Positions 13,321 to 63,988 of a stretch of 64,000 nt of DNA are shown piece after piece. The notes under the pieces were generated by a model that worked only from the letters and a program-made list of their open reading frames with translations, searched no databases and was not told the DNA's origin. The stretch is from the NCBI GenBank assembly GCA_012295275.1, contig CM022670.1, positions 5,332,001-5,396,000 of the forward strand. The letters run 5' to 3'. The position numbers were made by a program, and so were the translations under genes. This stretch comes from Chrysomallon squamiferum. Lineage: Eukaryota; Animalia; Mollusca. Numbering within the stretch: position 1 is the stretch's first letter; each line of letters starts with the position of its first letter.

Positions 13321-14413
13321 TCATGTGTGCTGCTTGTCTCTTTTTTGTTTTCTATTTTCTACCAAGCTCCACAGTTTTTCTTCTGATGGACGCTTGATCA
13401 ATCTCGTTCGACGCTTTGTTTTACTCTGCTTACTATTTTCTGCTTCGATGGTTCCAGCTTCCTTGTTAGTAATTTTCACTTTGGTGTTTTTATCAGGGGA
13501 TTTTCTTGGTTTTTCTCCATTTTCTGATTTTTGTTGTTCCTTGTTGATTTCCATTTCTGTTGTATTTATCCTCTGGATACTTTCTGCTTCAATTTCTTTT
13601 TTCTCCTTTGATTTTACATTATATTCCATACCATCACTGTCACTGTCGCTGTTTTTTGTTCATCGCTGTCATACTCTGACCAACACTCACATTCATCCTC
13701 TTTGTTTCCACACTTTTCACACAGAAATATGTTCGGGCAGTTTCTAGCAAAATGTCCTTTTTTTGTTTACAGTTATGACACCTTATATTTGGACAGTCTT
13801 TCAACAAATGATTATCCGCCATGCAGTTGTAACATACTTTTATTTGATTGTCATGTAAAACACGAAAATATTTTATTCCTTCATAAGTCCTAAATTTCAT
13901 TGAGTATGGTAAACTTTTTATTCCGGGTGGAAATTTCACTCTCACGTATCTTGTTCCATCTGCAATTTTTGTCCCTTTGTATAGCCTTCTATAAATTGGT
14001 GATAAAATTTCTATTTCCATTTGTTTCAATTTTTCTTCAATTTCTTCATCTTCAATGTAGGCAGGCAAGTGCAAAAAGGAAACTACTACAGTTTCAGATT
14101 TCAAAATTCTCGCCTTTATTTTTAGACCTTTCAATTCTGTTTCATCAATTTCCGTAATCATTCTCGCTTGTATAATATCTTCTAGTGTTATTTCATAAGA
14201 GTCGGATTCTTTCGGTACGCACGCTTTTATCACATCACCCACCTGGCCACTTACAAAATCTATCATGTCGCCTGCTGAAATTTTCTTGTTATCTTCTACA
14301 TTTACAATCACAGTGCATTCTTTTTTAAAAACATTTTTTCTCATTCCTTCTTTTTTTAAATTCATATCTTTCATCTTTTCTTCGTAATTTTCAGATTCTT
14401 CCGCCCAAGACAT
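13321..14413 (-). pseudogene. Tx1 ORF1 (gag-like, two CX2CX4HX4C zinc knuckles), one frameshift in an A run near 13760
   Basis: Starts MSWAEE; contains VVSFLHLPAYIEDEEI, GTKIADGTRYVRV and CYNCMADNHLLKDC. The second knuckle CHNCKQKGHFARNC is restored if the A7 run is read as A5. The lysine/glutamate-rich tail ends at 13321. Confidence 0.88.
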
Positions 14414-14441
14414 AATACTTAGTTTTACAACCAAACCTTTC

Positions 14442-14641
14442 NNNNNNNNNNNNNNNNNNNNNNNNNNNNNNNNNNNNNNNNNNNNNNNNNNNNNNNNNNN
14501 NNNNNNNNNNNNNNNNNNNNNNNNNNNNNNNNNNNNNNNNNNNNNNNNNNNNNNNNNNNNNNNNNNNNNNNNNNNNNNNNNNNNNNNNNNNNNNNNNNNN
14601 NNNNNNNNNNNNNNNNNNNNNNNNNNNNNNNNNNNNNNNNN
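14442..14641. other. Assembly gap (200 N)
   Basis: Run of exactly 200 n. Confidence 1.
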
Positions 14642-15288
14642 TCACTTTGTTTTACCTTCTTTTGCGGAAGCAATCAACGCTAGTTGCACTCGGAAGTGGT
14701 TGTCATTGAGAGAAAGTATCCACGTTTCTCGGAAGTCTTCGGAAGCAAACGGCATTCTGCTACTTTAAAGGGCTGAGTTGAACGAAGAGAGGTGCAGCTA
14801 ACAATAACCATTCTACAAAACAGATGAACGATTCTGCCTTCTTGGAAGTTTGTTATCAGTTTTAATTTTGCTTTTAGCGTTTTTCACACAAGGGCGAGAG
14901 AAGAAGAAAAAAATGAAATAAATATTTTCGTTTTGCAGTAAATCGTAGATTAAATGAAACTGCAGATACACAGTTGAAGTAAATCTTGTATTTTGAGTTG
15001 ATAAAGGAAACTGTGATAAAACTTTACATTTCCGTAGAACAGATCGAACCTCCGACGAGCCAGACCACTAACTAAGTGAAATTTAGAGACAGCAAACTTT
15101 AACTGCTTGTAACTTGTTTTCTGATTGGTCGGGAAGCCTCAAGGCGTAGATCGGATCGTCAGTTGTTAGCGAGAAAGCAGTGTTCGTAAAAAGTTTTAGA
15201 GGATTTTTCTCATAAAATGGATTTTCTCGCAAACTGGAATACAGAGAGGATTTGTAAAAATCTTCTTCGTACGGTGATGTTTTCAAAT

Positions 15289-52177
<36,889 letters not shown>

Positions 52178-54826
52178 TAGTGCACACAAACAAATATTAA
52201 AAATATTTTTCCCAGGACCGGATTTAAACATGATGAGGCTGCAAGCTTTAGGAAGGAAGCTACGGTGGCCCGATTTCACAAATATTAACTGCAAAACAAA
52301 ACGCTGCGTTACAAAATGAACTTGATCGCTACGACTACGAAAACATTAAACTGTAGCCTGTTAAGCTCGTGTCTAAATCCGACCCTTACTATTTCCATGT
52401 GATCTACGATATGTACTCACTGTTTGAATATGCATGACATTGCGAAGAAGACGGTACTGCGCTGTTCATTTTTTAATTTATTTTTCCCCTTGGAATAGGT
52501 GCTAAAAGAAACCTGATTTAATAGAGATTAGCTGTGCGTATTCTGTTGGGTTTTTTTTTTTTTTTTTTTTTTTTTATATTAAAGTTTAAAAGTATTGGTT
52601 TTCAATGAAAGATGGCCCGTTCCATAAATTTATTCAAAAGATGGAGAACGAGTTACAGGCTTTGCATTTCAAACGGAGCAAATATTTGCTGATCACTAAG
52701 TGCCAAACTGCTTCTTTCCTTGTAGACAAACAGAAAATAACGGGTGTAGTTCTATGTCCATATACATGTATTATATATATACTTATGTATGAAATAATAC
52801 CCTTTTATAATTACCGTACTATATAGGTACATTAACAGTGTTTGAATGGTTTATAGAGACTTAATAGATTTAGTGACATGTATGTATGCAATAATATTGT
52901 TTCCTAGTGATGTAATGTAGATTTGCAATATTTTAATGGTTTATATAGATTTACTGTTACAGTAACCATTTATAGCTCCATGTACAAATATCCCTAAAGC
53001 CAATATGTGTATATGTGAAGGTTGTTTTATCATTATTACAGTTTCTGAATGCAATAATTATTTCTGTACAGATGTGTTAAAATAGCAGGTTAAAATATTT
53101 GTAAATATAATTATAGGAAAGCTTTCTGTGAATATGTCGCAAATAGAATTTATAAACAAGCATGCAGTCTGTTTCAAAATACCCATAATTCTAAAAGATC
53201 GGCTTTGTGGAAAATTGCAAGTGAGTAGTTAACTGACCAGTAAAATACTACAGAATGTATTTCTTTGAAAAAACTTGATACGTTCTGTTTATTATTGAGT
53301 TGTAGAGGTAACTTGAAGATTAACGATTATCTGAATGTAATTGGTGAGTATTACTGTAAATTTAAAAAATATTTTTTCTAGATGAGAAGACATGCTAGTT
53401 TTTACAGAGATTTGTTTCTAGACAAAATTATTTACAATGATGATCAAGAGAAGAGATTTCTTGAAATCTAAACACAACTGCATTTGTTTATACCTAAATT
53501 ACTGTTTAACTCGAGCAGCTCTATCACAGAAAAGTTCAAATTATCACTCAACTAAAATTACATTAGTAGCGTCAACGTTTTGACGTAAAACGCGACACAG
53601 TGAAAGCTATTCCTGCAGTGACGTAACAATATGTTTACTGTCATCACGTATTGATGCTATGCGATTGTACATTAATGTTTATATTGTAATGTAGATATCA
53701 CTGCTACTGATTGGCCAGACGACATAACAACAAAAAGTAGTTGTTGGATATAATTACGTGCTTCACAACAGCTTGCTCTGATTAGCACGTTAATTTTTTT
53801 CAATTTTTTTTTCCATTTCCATATAATTTGTCTTACAATGTAATACACGTGTATATATAAACCATGACACTAACTACGAGAGATTACAGAAAACTAAATG
53901 TTTGTTTGAAATGTGTGTATATATATACTGTATATTACAATATATGAACGTAAATGTTAATCACTATATCAGATTATGATGAACTATATATTGTTGGATA
54001 TGAATGTATTTGTATGTACTAAAAATGTATATGTTATTGTTAGCAGTCACTGTTTTTATGCAGAAATTTTATGACACAAAGTGCCGTTGCCTTTCTAGGA
54101 TGTAACATAATTATGGTTGGCCATTAGGGTCATAATTTAGTATTATTTATAGACACGAAAATACAAATTCATACGAATTTTATATCACGCATTTCCAAAA
54201 AAATTTAAATGCGTAAAAAAAAAATATAATAAAAAAATTTAAAAAAAAAAAAAATAAAATAAGAAAATACCGAATAAAAATAGATAGAGTAATTGTACTG
54301 ATAAATATATATTAGTGGATAAAACTGTTTAGTTTATAAACGCATGTCCCAAACAAAACAAAACAAAAAAGTGACAGGACAATCAATAATAACCAGGTGC
54401 TAAATTGATTTATAAAGTTCGAGCTGTCAATACGTACGTTTAATTTATACGATACGAATGGTTTCATACTATATTATGACCCGAATGGTCATCCATAGCA
54501 GAAAAAAAAAAAAAAACGAGATGAAGATGGAGGTTTACTGTATATTTTAGTTCTGATAGAATGTAACAGAATTAGTATTGTTTATAGTACTAGTGTAACT
54601 AGATATGTTTGAAAATATTGTTAAAATTATGAATTTAATGATTTTAGTAAACGTATAAGCAGTTTATTTTGAGGAAAAGAAATTTTGTGTAAATGTATGA
54701 CTGGAATTAAAACAAATGAATTACAAATGTAAAATTATATTGTTTATCTACGACTGGTTATCGTATATCACTATTTTAAAGATATCGGTGTATTTATTAA
54801 CTGTACGTTGAATTTCTTTTATTAAT

Positions 54827-54900
54827 TTATTTATATCATTAGATATTTTTTTATTTATATCATTAGTTATTTTTTTATTTATATCATTAGTTATTTTTTT
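54827..54900. repeat. 24-bp tandem repeat x3 (ATTTATATCATTAGTTATTTTTTT)
   Basis: Three consecutive near-identical units. Confidence 0.8.
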
Positions 54901-55425
54901 GTTTATACACTTACCCAGAATTTTTTTTTTATACATTATTATTATTATTATTAAGTAAAATTTTATATTCAGTATATGTGTGTGAGTGTGTGTGTGATTT
55001 TTTTTATAAAGAACACTTTTAACATAATATTTTATTTATACAAATCATTTAACTTAGAATCGAATTTTGAATGTTGATTAAGTGAACGTAACTGATGACA
55101 ATATGTAATAAAATAATGATGTTTGACTGATGTTGAATGTGAAATAAATGGCGTTTATCATGTGTGAAATACAATATAAAAGATTATATGACAAGAATAT
55201 TACTTTGCAATAACATCTTGAAGCAATATGTCTATTTTGTGAAATAAAAAAAAGAGAATTATTAATATACTGTAATAATATTTGTAAACTTGTGTACCAC
55301 TGTTATGTTTCAAACGATGATAAAATATATGTTGGCATGTAAACTGTTTCTGTGTTGTTTATTAAAAAGAAGAAGAAGAAGTGCATTGTAGAAATTGTAG
55401 AATTTGTACTGTTAGTAGCAGTAAC

Positions 55426-55459
<34 letters not shown>

Positions 55460-58024
55460 CAGTAACAGTAGTAGTAGTAGTAGTAGCAGTAGCAGATGCA
55501 TATATTTTGATGATGATAGTAATAGGAGAGTAGTAGTTGTTACAATAATAGTAGTAGTAGAAATCGATGTTGTGGTGGTAGTAGTAGCAGATGTATTGGT
55601 AGTATTAGCATAAATAACAGCAGTAATAATAGCATAAGTAGTAGTAGTAGTAGTGGCAGCAGTAGTAATAGTAATAATAGTATCAGCAGTAATATAACAG
55701 AGGTAGTACTAATAGTAATAATAGTAGTTGTAGTAATAGTTGTAGCAGTAGTAGTAGTAGTAGCAGCAGCAGCAACAGTAGGAGCAGTAATGTAACACAT
55801 TCTTAATAATTAAAACGTAAGTGAATATTTTTGCTTTCATAATAATTGTACAAGAGGTAACTTTCTTGAGTATAAATCAGAATGTTTAAAATATGATGAT
55901 CTTAAGAAATGGAAGAGTAACAAAAACTAAAAAGGAAAGACAAAAAAAGAGAGAGAGAAGAGAAATAAAAATAAATATTATGGGATGAACCTATCACCCG
56001 TAATTGTAGAAAATGGAAAGAAAAGAAATCTTAAAGCAAACTTCTTCTCGTTATATCGATTTCTGCCTACCATCTCACAAGACAAGCTTAAATTACAATT
56101 GCGAGTTAAACTTAATTAATTAAATAAACTACTGTTCGACAGTCAGGGTACTGCACCTCTGTCCGAGATCTCAACGCGTCCGATCTTAAAACCGGTCTCC
56201 CTGGATCGACGCTGTACAATCTTCAAGCAGTATTGAATGGATTGATTTTTGAAGAAGATTTGATAAAAGCCTGCAGGAAATTTTATTACTGCACAAATTT
56301 ACTTTTTTTTTTCCCCTTTTTTTTTAAGAGCTGAATTCATCTAAGAGATTTTTTTCTTGCACTTTTTTTTTTTTCAGTTATTTTGCCGTACAGTGATCGA
56401 ATTACTATGATTTTTGTAAATAATATCTGAGTTGATTAGTAGATTTGTCAGTTGACAACGCTTACGTCAATGACGATATCAGTGTAATTGTTACTGGCAG
56501 GTGGAAATAATCACATAAAGAACCCACCGACGTGGAAAAGGCAAAATAATCCACCCTCTGGAATGAGTTACAAATTACCACTCACAAAGACTGAGTTTTA
56601 AACGGTTAAAGACTTGCAGCTATTCCGGTTTGAACATCTTAATAACCTGCGTGCGTGGAAAGAGTATTAACAGGTAACACGACAGTCGATCACAGCGCTG
56701 AGTATTTAAGTGTTGAAAACAAAATACTCCAGCACGGGCTTGGAGAAAAGCCACGTGAACGGTAAACCAACGACACAGAAAGTGTTTCAGTTACCATATT
56801 AAAGTGTCTTCAAATAACAATATACTCGTAAGTTAATTCGTAAGTTATCTGTCACTACATCTCTCTCTCTCTCCATCTCTTTTTACTCTTTCTCTTTCTG
56901 TCTCTCTCTCCTTCTTTCTCTTTCCATCTTTTTTCTCTCTCTCTGTCTTTCTCTCTTTCTTTGTCTCTGTTTGTCTCTATATCTCTCTCTCTTACGCCGC
57001 ATCCTTTCTCTTTCAAATCTAATTCTCCTCTCTCTTTTCTTTAAATACCACTTTATACGTGAAACACACACACACGAAAATCAGTGTCATACAAACTCCA
57101 GTAGATTAGCATATGACAAAGTCACTGCGAATTCACACAGTATGACATATAGATGTAGTCATTGAAACTGATATATTATAAAACAAACAATTAATTTTTG
57201 TTTATTTATTTGTTTATTTACTTACTTACTGACTTACTATACTTATTTATTTATTTACTTATTCATTCATTCATTCATTCATTCTATCTATTTTATTTTA
57301 TTTTATTTACTGTTGTTTCTATTTTTATTTTTATTTTTCGATTAGATATATATATATATAACCATCAGTAGACAATATTATAAAATAGATGTCCCAGGAC
57401 AAATGCAGATAATAACAGTACAACAACATATTACACTGAAAAATAATTTAGTAAAAAATCATGTCAACTTGATGCAAATGATAATATTTAAATGATCGTT
57501 GCCAAAGATTTAGAAACTTCCTGGAGGTAATTATTAATTTTTTCTTACTTAACACAGACAACAGAATTACTGGTCAAAATATATAAAATAAAACAAAGTG
57601 TTTGGTTTAAAGGTAAATTTTGAAACTTGATTAAAGCAAAAATATCACTTTAAAAAATTTGATGACTGACGAGAAAATGACTGTTGAAGAAGAGATGAAA
57701 GTTAAATAATAGTTGAGGCTCCAAACCTTTTCCTTAGAAATAAAACAAAACAAAAAGAAGTACATTCTAAAAAATAATAAAATGTTAAAAAACCATAACT
57801 TTTCCTTGATGTATTTAAAGCAAATGGTAGAATAAAATGTGCACGTGCACATAAAATTTTCTGCTGCCACTACAACTACTACTGTTAATGTTTAATTATC
57901 ATTATTATTATTATTATTATTACTACTACTACAAGTACTATTACTGATGCTCCTACTACTACTACTACTACTACTATTATTATTATTTTTTATTATTATT
58001 TTTTTTTATTATTTTATTTTATTT

Positions 58025-58062
<38 letters not shown>

Positions 58063-58675
58063 GATTTTATGGAGTGGATAAAAGTACTACTGCACAGTAA
58101 AACCACACTCATCTATATATATATATATATATATACAGACTTACATATACATACACATACAAAGATATATGTTTAAAAAATACTAACAAAATATAAAAAT
58201 ACCAACAGTTTAAATTAAAATTATTGAGTAAATTTTTTGGTATTTTTGCCCTAGGTTTTATTTCATCCTATTAAAGCGACATGATCGCATCAAGCAGATT
58301 ACACAAGCGGGATAAGTTCAATCTCGATGATTAATGGATTTCTGGGAGGTTTCTAACAGCAGACGACACGTTCAAAGATGGACGCCCAGTCACGTTTGGC
58401 TAACGTACGCCAAGCGGCAGATTTCCTTTTTCTGCTGTTTTGTGAAACGCCGATACTCACTTGCGCACCAGCAAACTTAGTCTTTGCGTCTAGGCTTTTC
58501 AGAAGTCACGCGCCCCGAATTGGATGTTTATCTAAATTACATAGCCAGTCGGGCCCGACATCTACGTTTAATGAAACTAAAAGCACAGAGAATAAAAGTT
58601 TCTGTTTGAAGTGCTGACTTTCGTCAACACATTTCTAATATACTGTCTCACATCTGCCCCTCAATCAGCCTTCAG

Positions 58676-58680
<5 letters not shown>

Positions 58681-58765
<85 letters not shown>

Positions 58766-58785
58766 CTATCTATCTATCTATATCT

Positions 58786-58836
<51 letters not shown>
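58681..58836. repeat. Compound (TC)n-(TATC)n-(TG)n microsatellite
   Basis: Seen directly. Confidence 0.92.
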
Positions 58837-58837
<1 letters not shown>

Positions 58838-59632
58838 CAAAAAGTAAAAAAAAAAATTCCTAATATAAAATAAATTAACTTTAAATAATTCATGAAGTAC
58901 TTTTGTACTGGCTTTTACGTTTCTTATAAACATGCTTTTGTTGGATTATTATTGTTGTTACTGTTTTTATTATTTTGGTTGATGTTGTTAAGTTATTGTC
59001 ATTGTTATTGCTGTTATTGTTTTTACTGCTGTTGTTATTGCTATTATGTGACTGATCAATTCGCTGTTCGATGACATGAACACTTCCAGCAAAAAAAAAA
59101 TAATCATCACAGGATCAGTCTTTGTAGACAATTTGTCTTTATCAGACATACGTGTACGAATTATCGACACTGTGTCTTACACACTTTTGAAAAAAAAAAA
59201 AAAAAATGACAAGATAATAATACTACTACTACTAATAATAATAACAAACCAATTATTCATGAAAATTTTAAAAAATGAATTTGTAAATACCAGCATTGGC
59301 TGGAACGGGAAATTGTTGACTTAGATAATTAAATCATTAACATTTCAGATCATTCAAAAATTAAAAAACACTGCTCGCATAATGTATTACACAGAAATTA
59401 ATTGTAATGAATTAATTTTTATTTAATCTCTGTCATAGCTTGTTACTAGCTTACGATTTCAATACAGTTTTTCAAAGAGCATTTGTCACCACATCTTTTT
59501 GTAATCCTCGCAGGCTGTTTTGCTTTTGTATCACTTTCTTAATCGATCTTTATTTGCCTATTACGTAAGTTACTGTAGTAACTACATGTAAAATTAGATT
59601 TAATGATTGAAATTAGCATCACTAAATTGTCG

Positions 59633-59705
59633 GCCGGAATAGCTCAGTTGGGAGAGCGTTAGACTGAAGATCTAAAGGCCCCCGGTTCAATCCCGGGTTC
59701 CGGCA
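59633..59705 (+). tRNA. trnF-GAA: tRNA-Phe(GAA)
   Basis: Identical 73-nt sequence, plus strand. Confidence 0.96.
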
Positions 59706-59962
59706 CAGAGCAAGTCGGACTCTGGCGGTCGACAATATTTTTGCTTTTGTATTTATGAATTTGTTTTAATTGGCATCAGTAAATCTATATCTATATGTGT
59801 GATTATTCTTTATTACTGATTCCACATGGGTAAATAACAATTTCTCATTAATTTCATAATACAGTTATTATATAAATTTCATTTCCGAGCTTATACATTT
59901 TTGACACCAGTAATTTAATAGAAAGAGTTTTCATAAAATTAATGTCCTTAATTTAATTTATG

Positions 59963-59994
<32 letters not shown>

Positions 59995-61179
59995 GAGTGT
60001 GGGTTGGAATTTGAGGAAATTTTTGAATTATTTTCTTTGATTATAGTCATCTGTGGTTTATATTGTACAAGCTGGATTTGTAAATATCTGCACATGTAAC
60101 ATTATTCTCATGCGTCACTTGGAAACAACAACCGCATTTTTCCGGGTCCATGTTGCTCTTAAGCGTTAAATTTGTGTTAATATTTTAAATCTAGAATTGG
60201 TTTCTTAAAACAAACTGCTGAACAGCTGAACTGTTTGTAGAAATTACGAATTTGTCAGTTACCAGTTATAACATTATGACTTCTTACACTAAATGTACAT
60301 AACAAACAAATAATCCATAGCTGAATAACTCAATGACGACAGGTACGCCGTATTCGCGATTCGAAATATACAGCACTGACTTCAGTGAATGAAAAAGTGA
60401 CTAAAATCTGCAAATATATATATATATAAAAGATATATATTAATCATTTTATACTTATAATTTAAATAATACCGTCAGTTTACTATACTGTTTATTTCTG
60501 TTTTAATTTACAAGACATATTGATCAACCGTTGTTAACAAATAAGATGGGGAAAAGTATCCACAGATATATAATCATTTGACTTTTCTTTATTTCGAGTC
60601 TGTTACGAAGCTTATGGTGTGAATAGTTTTAAAGATGAAGTGAAAAACATGTCCATCTATACATTAGCCTGGGCAGAATGTCTCAGTATATTGTTATCAG
60701 ATATTCTTTTTGTCAATTATTATCCTTGAAACATCATTCCTTGTGTATTATTATTTTTTTTTTTTTTTTTTTTTTTCAAATCCAGTGAATTCTTTTTATA
60801 TAAATTATAATAATTGTAGTAATGTACATTTAGAAGCAGTGACTAAAAGCAGAATATCAAATCGTCGTCCGGATAGACTGAAGATATATGTAATTTATAC
60901 ACGTACTACTCATTATTCCTCTTCACCACCAGTATTAGCCAATTTAGAAGAAAAACAACAAGATAATGAAAATAATACAAGTAATAATAAAAATTAAATT
61001 AAATTAAATTAAATATACTACTACTGCTACTACTATTACTACTACTACTACTACTAATAATAATAATAATAATAATAATAATGGCCAATTTAGAAGAAAA
61101 ACAACAAGATAATGAAACTAATACAAGTAATAATAAAAATTAAATAAAATTAAATATACTTCTACTACTACTGCTGCTG

Positions 61180-61251
<72 letters not shown>

Positions 61252-61582
61252 GCAATAATAATAATATCCTACATAAAAATGATTTCGAAAAGAGGAAACT
61301 GATATTACGAGTTTTCTGTCTTGTCGCATTAATCAGATTTGGAACACTAAATGTCAGGATATTTGTTACTGGAAATACGGATACCGGTAACGGGTCGTTT
61401 TGACCTTGATTTGACATGTCTAAGACGTCATAATCACCAGGAATTGTGGGTCTGTTTATACTGTCATGAACAAATCAGAAGGCACGTCATAGACAGGAGA
61501 GGTCCACATTTTCTTTAGAAAATTATTAAACGATTAAGTAGCAATCACAGTAAGTGACCGGAAATGACCTGTGAAATTGTCG

Positions 61583-61655
61583 GCCGGAATAGCTCAGTTG
61601 GGAGAGCGTTAGACTGAAGATCTAAAGGCCCCCGGTTCAATCCCGGGTTCCGGCA
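61583..61655 (+). tRNA. trnF-GAA: tRNA-Phe(GAA)
   Basis: Identical 73-nt sequence. Confidence 0.96.
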
Positions 61656-62174
61656 CAGAGCAAGTCGGACTCTGGCGGTCGACCAATTTTTTTTTTCTTA
61701 AACACAGATATTATATTATATATATTTTTTGACTTCTTCATTTTTGTTTTCTTTCTTTCTTGATGGTTTTCGGTTTTAAATAGAGACGTCGGATTTTGTA
61801 ATCTCGGAATATCTCTTTTTGATTTAATTTAATTTGAAACAGTAAAATCATTTGATGACGTCACATGGACATTACAAAGAGACTGTTCCGGCGCCATGTT
61901 GCTGTTAAATGTGTGCTTCTCTCTTAAACCCAGAATTGCGTTCCACGTACAGACTGCTGAACAGTACTAGCTATAACGTTATCATCTGGTATATCACAGT
62001 TTACACAATAATAACAAAATATTCCGTATTGAAAAACTCATTGATGACAAGTATTCGTGATTCGAAATATACAGCAAAAACTTTTGACAGAATGATAAAT
62101 TGTCATTTTGCTATATTGTTTATTTCTGTTGTTAATTACGAGACATACTCAGATACTGATCATTCGTTGTCAAA

Positions 62175-62268
<94 letters not shown>

Positions 62269-62932
62269 TCACTCATCAGTGCTGACTGCTATGTAATCAT
62301 TTGACTTTTCTTTATTTCGAGTCTGTTACGAAGCTTATGGTGTGAATAGTTTTAAAGGTGAAATCATGAAGTGAAAAACATGTCCATCTATACATCCGTC
62401 TGAGCAGAATGTCTCAGTATATTGTTATTAGATATTCTTTTTGTCAGTTGTTATCCTTGAAACATCATTCCTTGTGTATTATTATTATTATTTTCAAATC
62501 CAATGAATTATTTTTATATAAGTTATAATAATTATATTAATGTGCAGTTTAGTGGTTTTAACAGAAAACTGTTATATGAAGTTGGGATATGCATCATTTG
62601 TTGTGTGTTTAACGCACAATAAAATGATCATTATTAATTAAATTAAATTTAAAAGACAATATTAGAGTCTGAAATTCCGATTGTTGTAACACCAGTATTT
62701 CTAATAGACAAATTCGTATTTAATGGGATTGCATTATTACTATGATTATAGAATATATATTATGAATAAAATATGGTGTAAATTATATTTTGTAAATTGT
62801 ATTAAATATATATTCTGAATATAAAATTTACAATAAATAAATAAATAAATAATATGCTTACAAATAATAAATCTACATATCATTATCGCTTCCGTCAAAG
62901 CAAATATTAAATACAGATCTACGCAATTGTCG

Positions 62933-63005
62933 GCCGGAATAGCTCAGTTGGGAGAGCGTTAGATTGAAGATCTAAAGGCCCCCGGTTCAATCCCGGGTTC
63001 CGGCA
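62933..63005 (+). tRNA. trnF-GAA: tRNA-Phe(GAA), C32T variant
   Basis: TTAGA-TTGAAGA-TCTAA anticodon arm; otherwise identical. Confidence 0.93.
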
Positions 63006-63312
63006 CAGAGCAAGTCGGACTCTGGCGGTCGACAATATTTTTTTTGCCTCAATATTTATAAATTTGTTTTAATTGGCATCATTAAATCTATATCTATATT
63101 ATCCTTTATTACTGATTCCACACATGCAAATAACATTTTCTTAGAAAAAAAAAATCAGCTTCTGAGGTATCAGTTTCATAGAAACATCAATTTCTTATTA
63201 ATTTCCATAATAAAAGAAAGAAATTTCAGTTCCAAACTAATAAATGTTTAAAATTTTCTTGGAACCAATAATTCCATAGAAAGAGTTTTGTAAAATTAAT
63301 GTACATAATAAA

Positions 63313-63393
<81 letters not shown>

Positions 63394-63915
63394 GGTAGGT
63401 AAAATCATATCTTTTAAAGAGACATCACATAATACAAGCACTATAAAAACGGAAATATTGAGCTGATAAATTTCAAATTTCTTGAAAACAGTGATTTTAT
63501 TAAAAATACGCTTTTCCTGAAATCTCCGTGATAATATCATTATCGAAATTTCAGATTTTATCTTTTGTTGATAAACTAAATTTGTACAGTTTCCTAATTA
63601 TTATTTTGTTAATTATTCGTATTTACAAAATCTTAATTCAGATCCGACGTAATTACATCGTATTTTGTCATTCTCTATTTTTTATGAATTTTTAATTTAT
63701 TTTCACATTTATGTAAGATTATCGTCTGTTAATATTTGAAATGTTTGGAATATTTTTAGATTAATAAATTTCGTCTCTTTCAAAACAGTCAGAAAATTAG
63801 AAATGTTTATTTTATTTGGACCAAAAATAACATTATTATTAATATCATATGGGAAAAGAAATATTAACATTTTACTAACACTTTTAGTGACTGAACGTGA
63901 CAGTTGAAACTGTCG

Positions 63916-63988
63916 GCCGGAATAGCTCAGTTGGGAGAGCGTTAGACTGAAGATCTAAAGGCCCCCGGTTCAATCCCGGGTTCCGGCA
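63916..63988 (+). tRNA. trnF-GAA: tRNA-Phe(GAA)
   Basis: Identical 73-nt sequence; the trailer runs off the window end. Confidence 0.96.

Larger units (their letters stand above)
8247..14441 (-). mobile_element. Tx1-clade non-LTR retrotransposon insertion: element body 9143-14441 (5' end lost in the gap) plus two nested 3' transductions 8247-9142
   Basis: ORF1 with two CCHC knuckles; ORF2 with APE endonuclease, RT and C-terminal CCHC; 3' UTR ending AATAAAGAT-poly(A) at 9143-9163. Absent from the duplicate/allelic copy. Confidence 0.93.
61084..63915. repeat. Inverted, mosaic duplication of spacer segments from the minus-strand tRNA-Phe clusters
   Basis: Approximate reverse-complement matches: 61084-61582 to 37097-37625; 61656-62932 to 34541-35772; 63006-63595 to 23557-24108; 63597-63915 to 26522-26835 and 25650-25935. 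Confidence 0.88.

Noticed and set aside
12756-14157. Plus-strand ORFs overlapping the retrotransposon
   Set aside because: Antisense shadows of the A-rich ORF1/ORF2 with no recognisable motifs.
14391-14673. ORFs containing X runs
   Set aside because: Artefacts of translating across the N gap.
52178-55260. Candidate 3' UTR and AATAAA signals of the protein-coding gene
   Set aside because: There are many AATAAA hexamers in AT-rich DNA, so the true end cannot be chosen from sequence alone.
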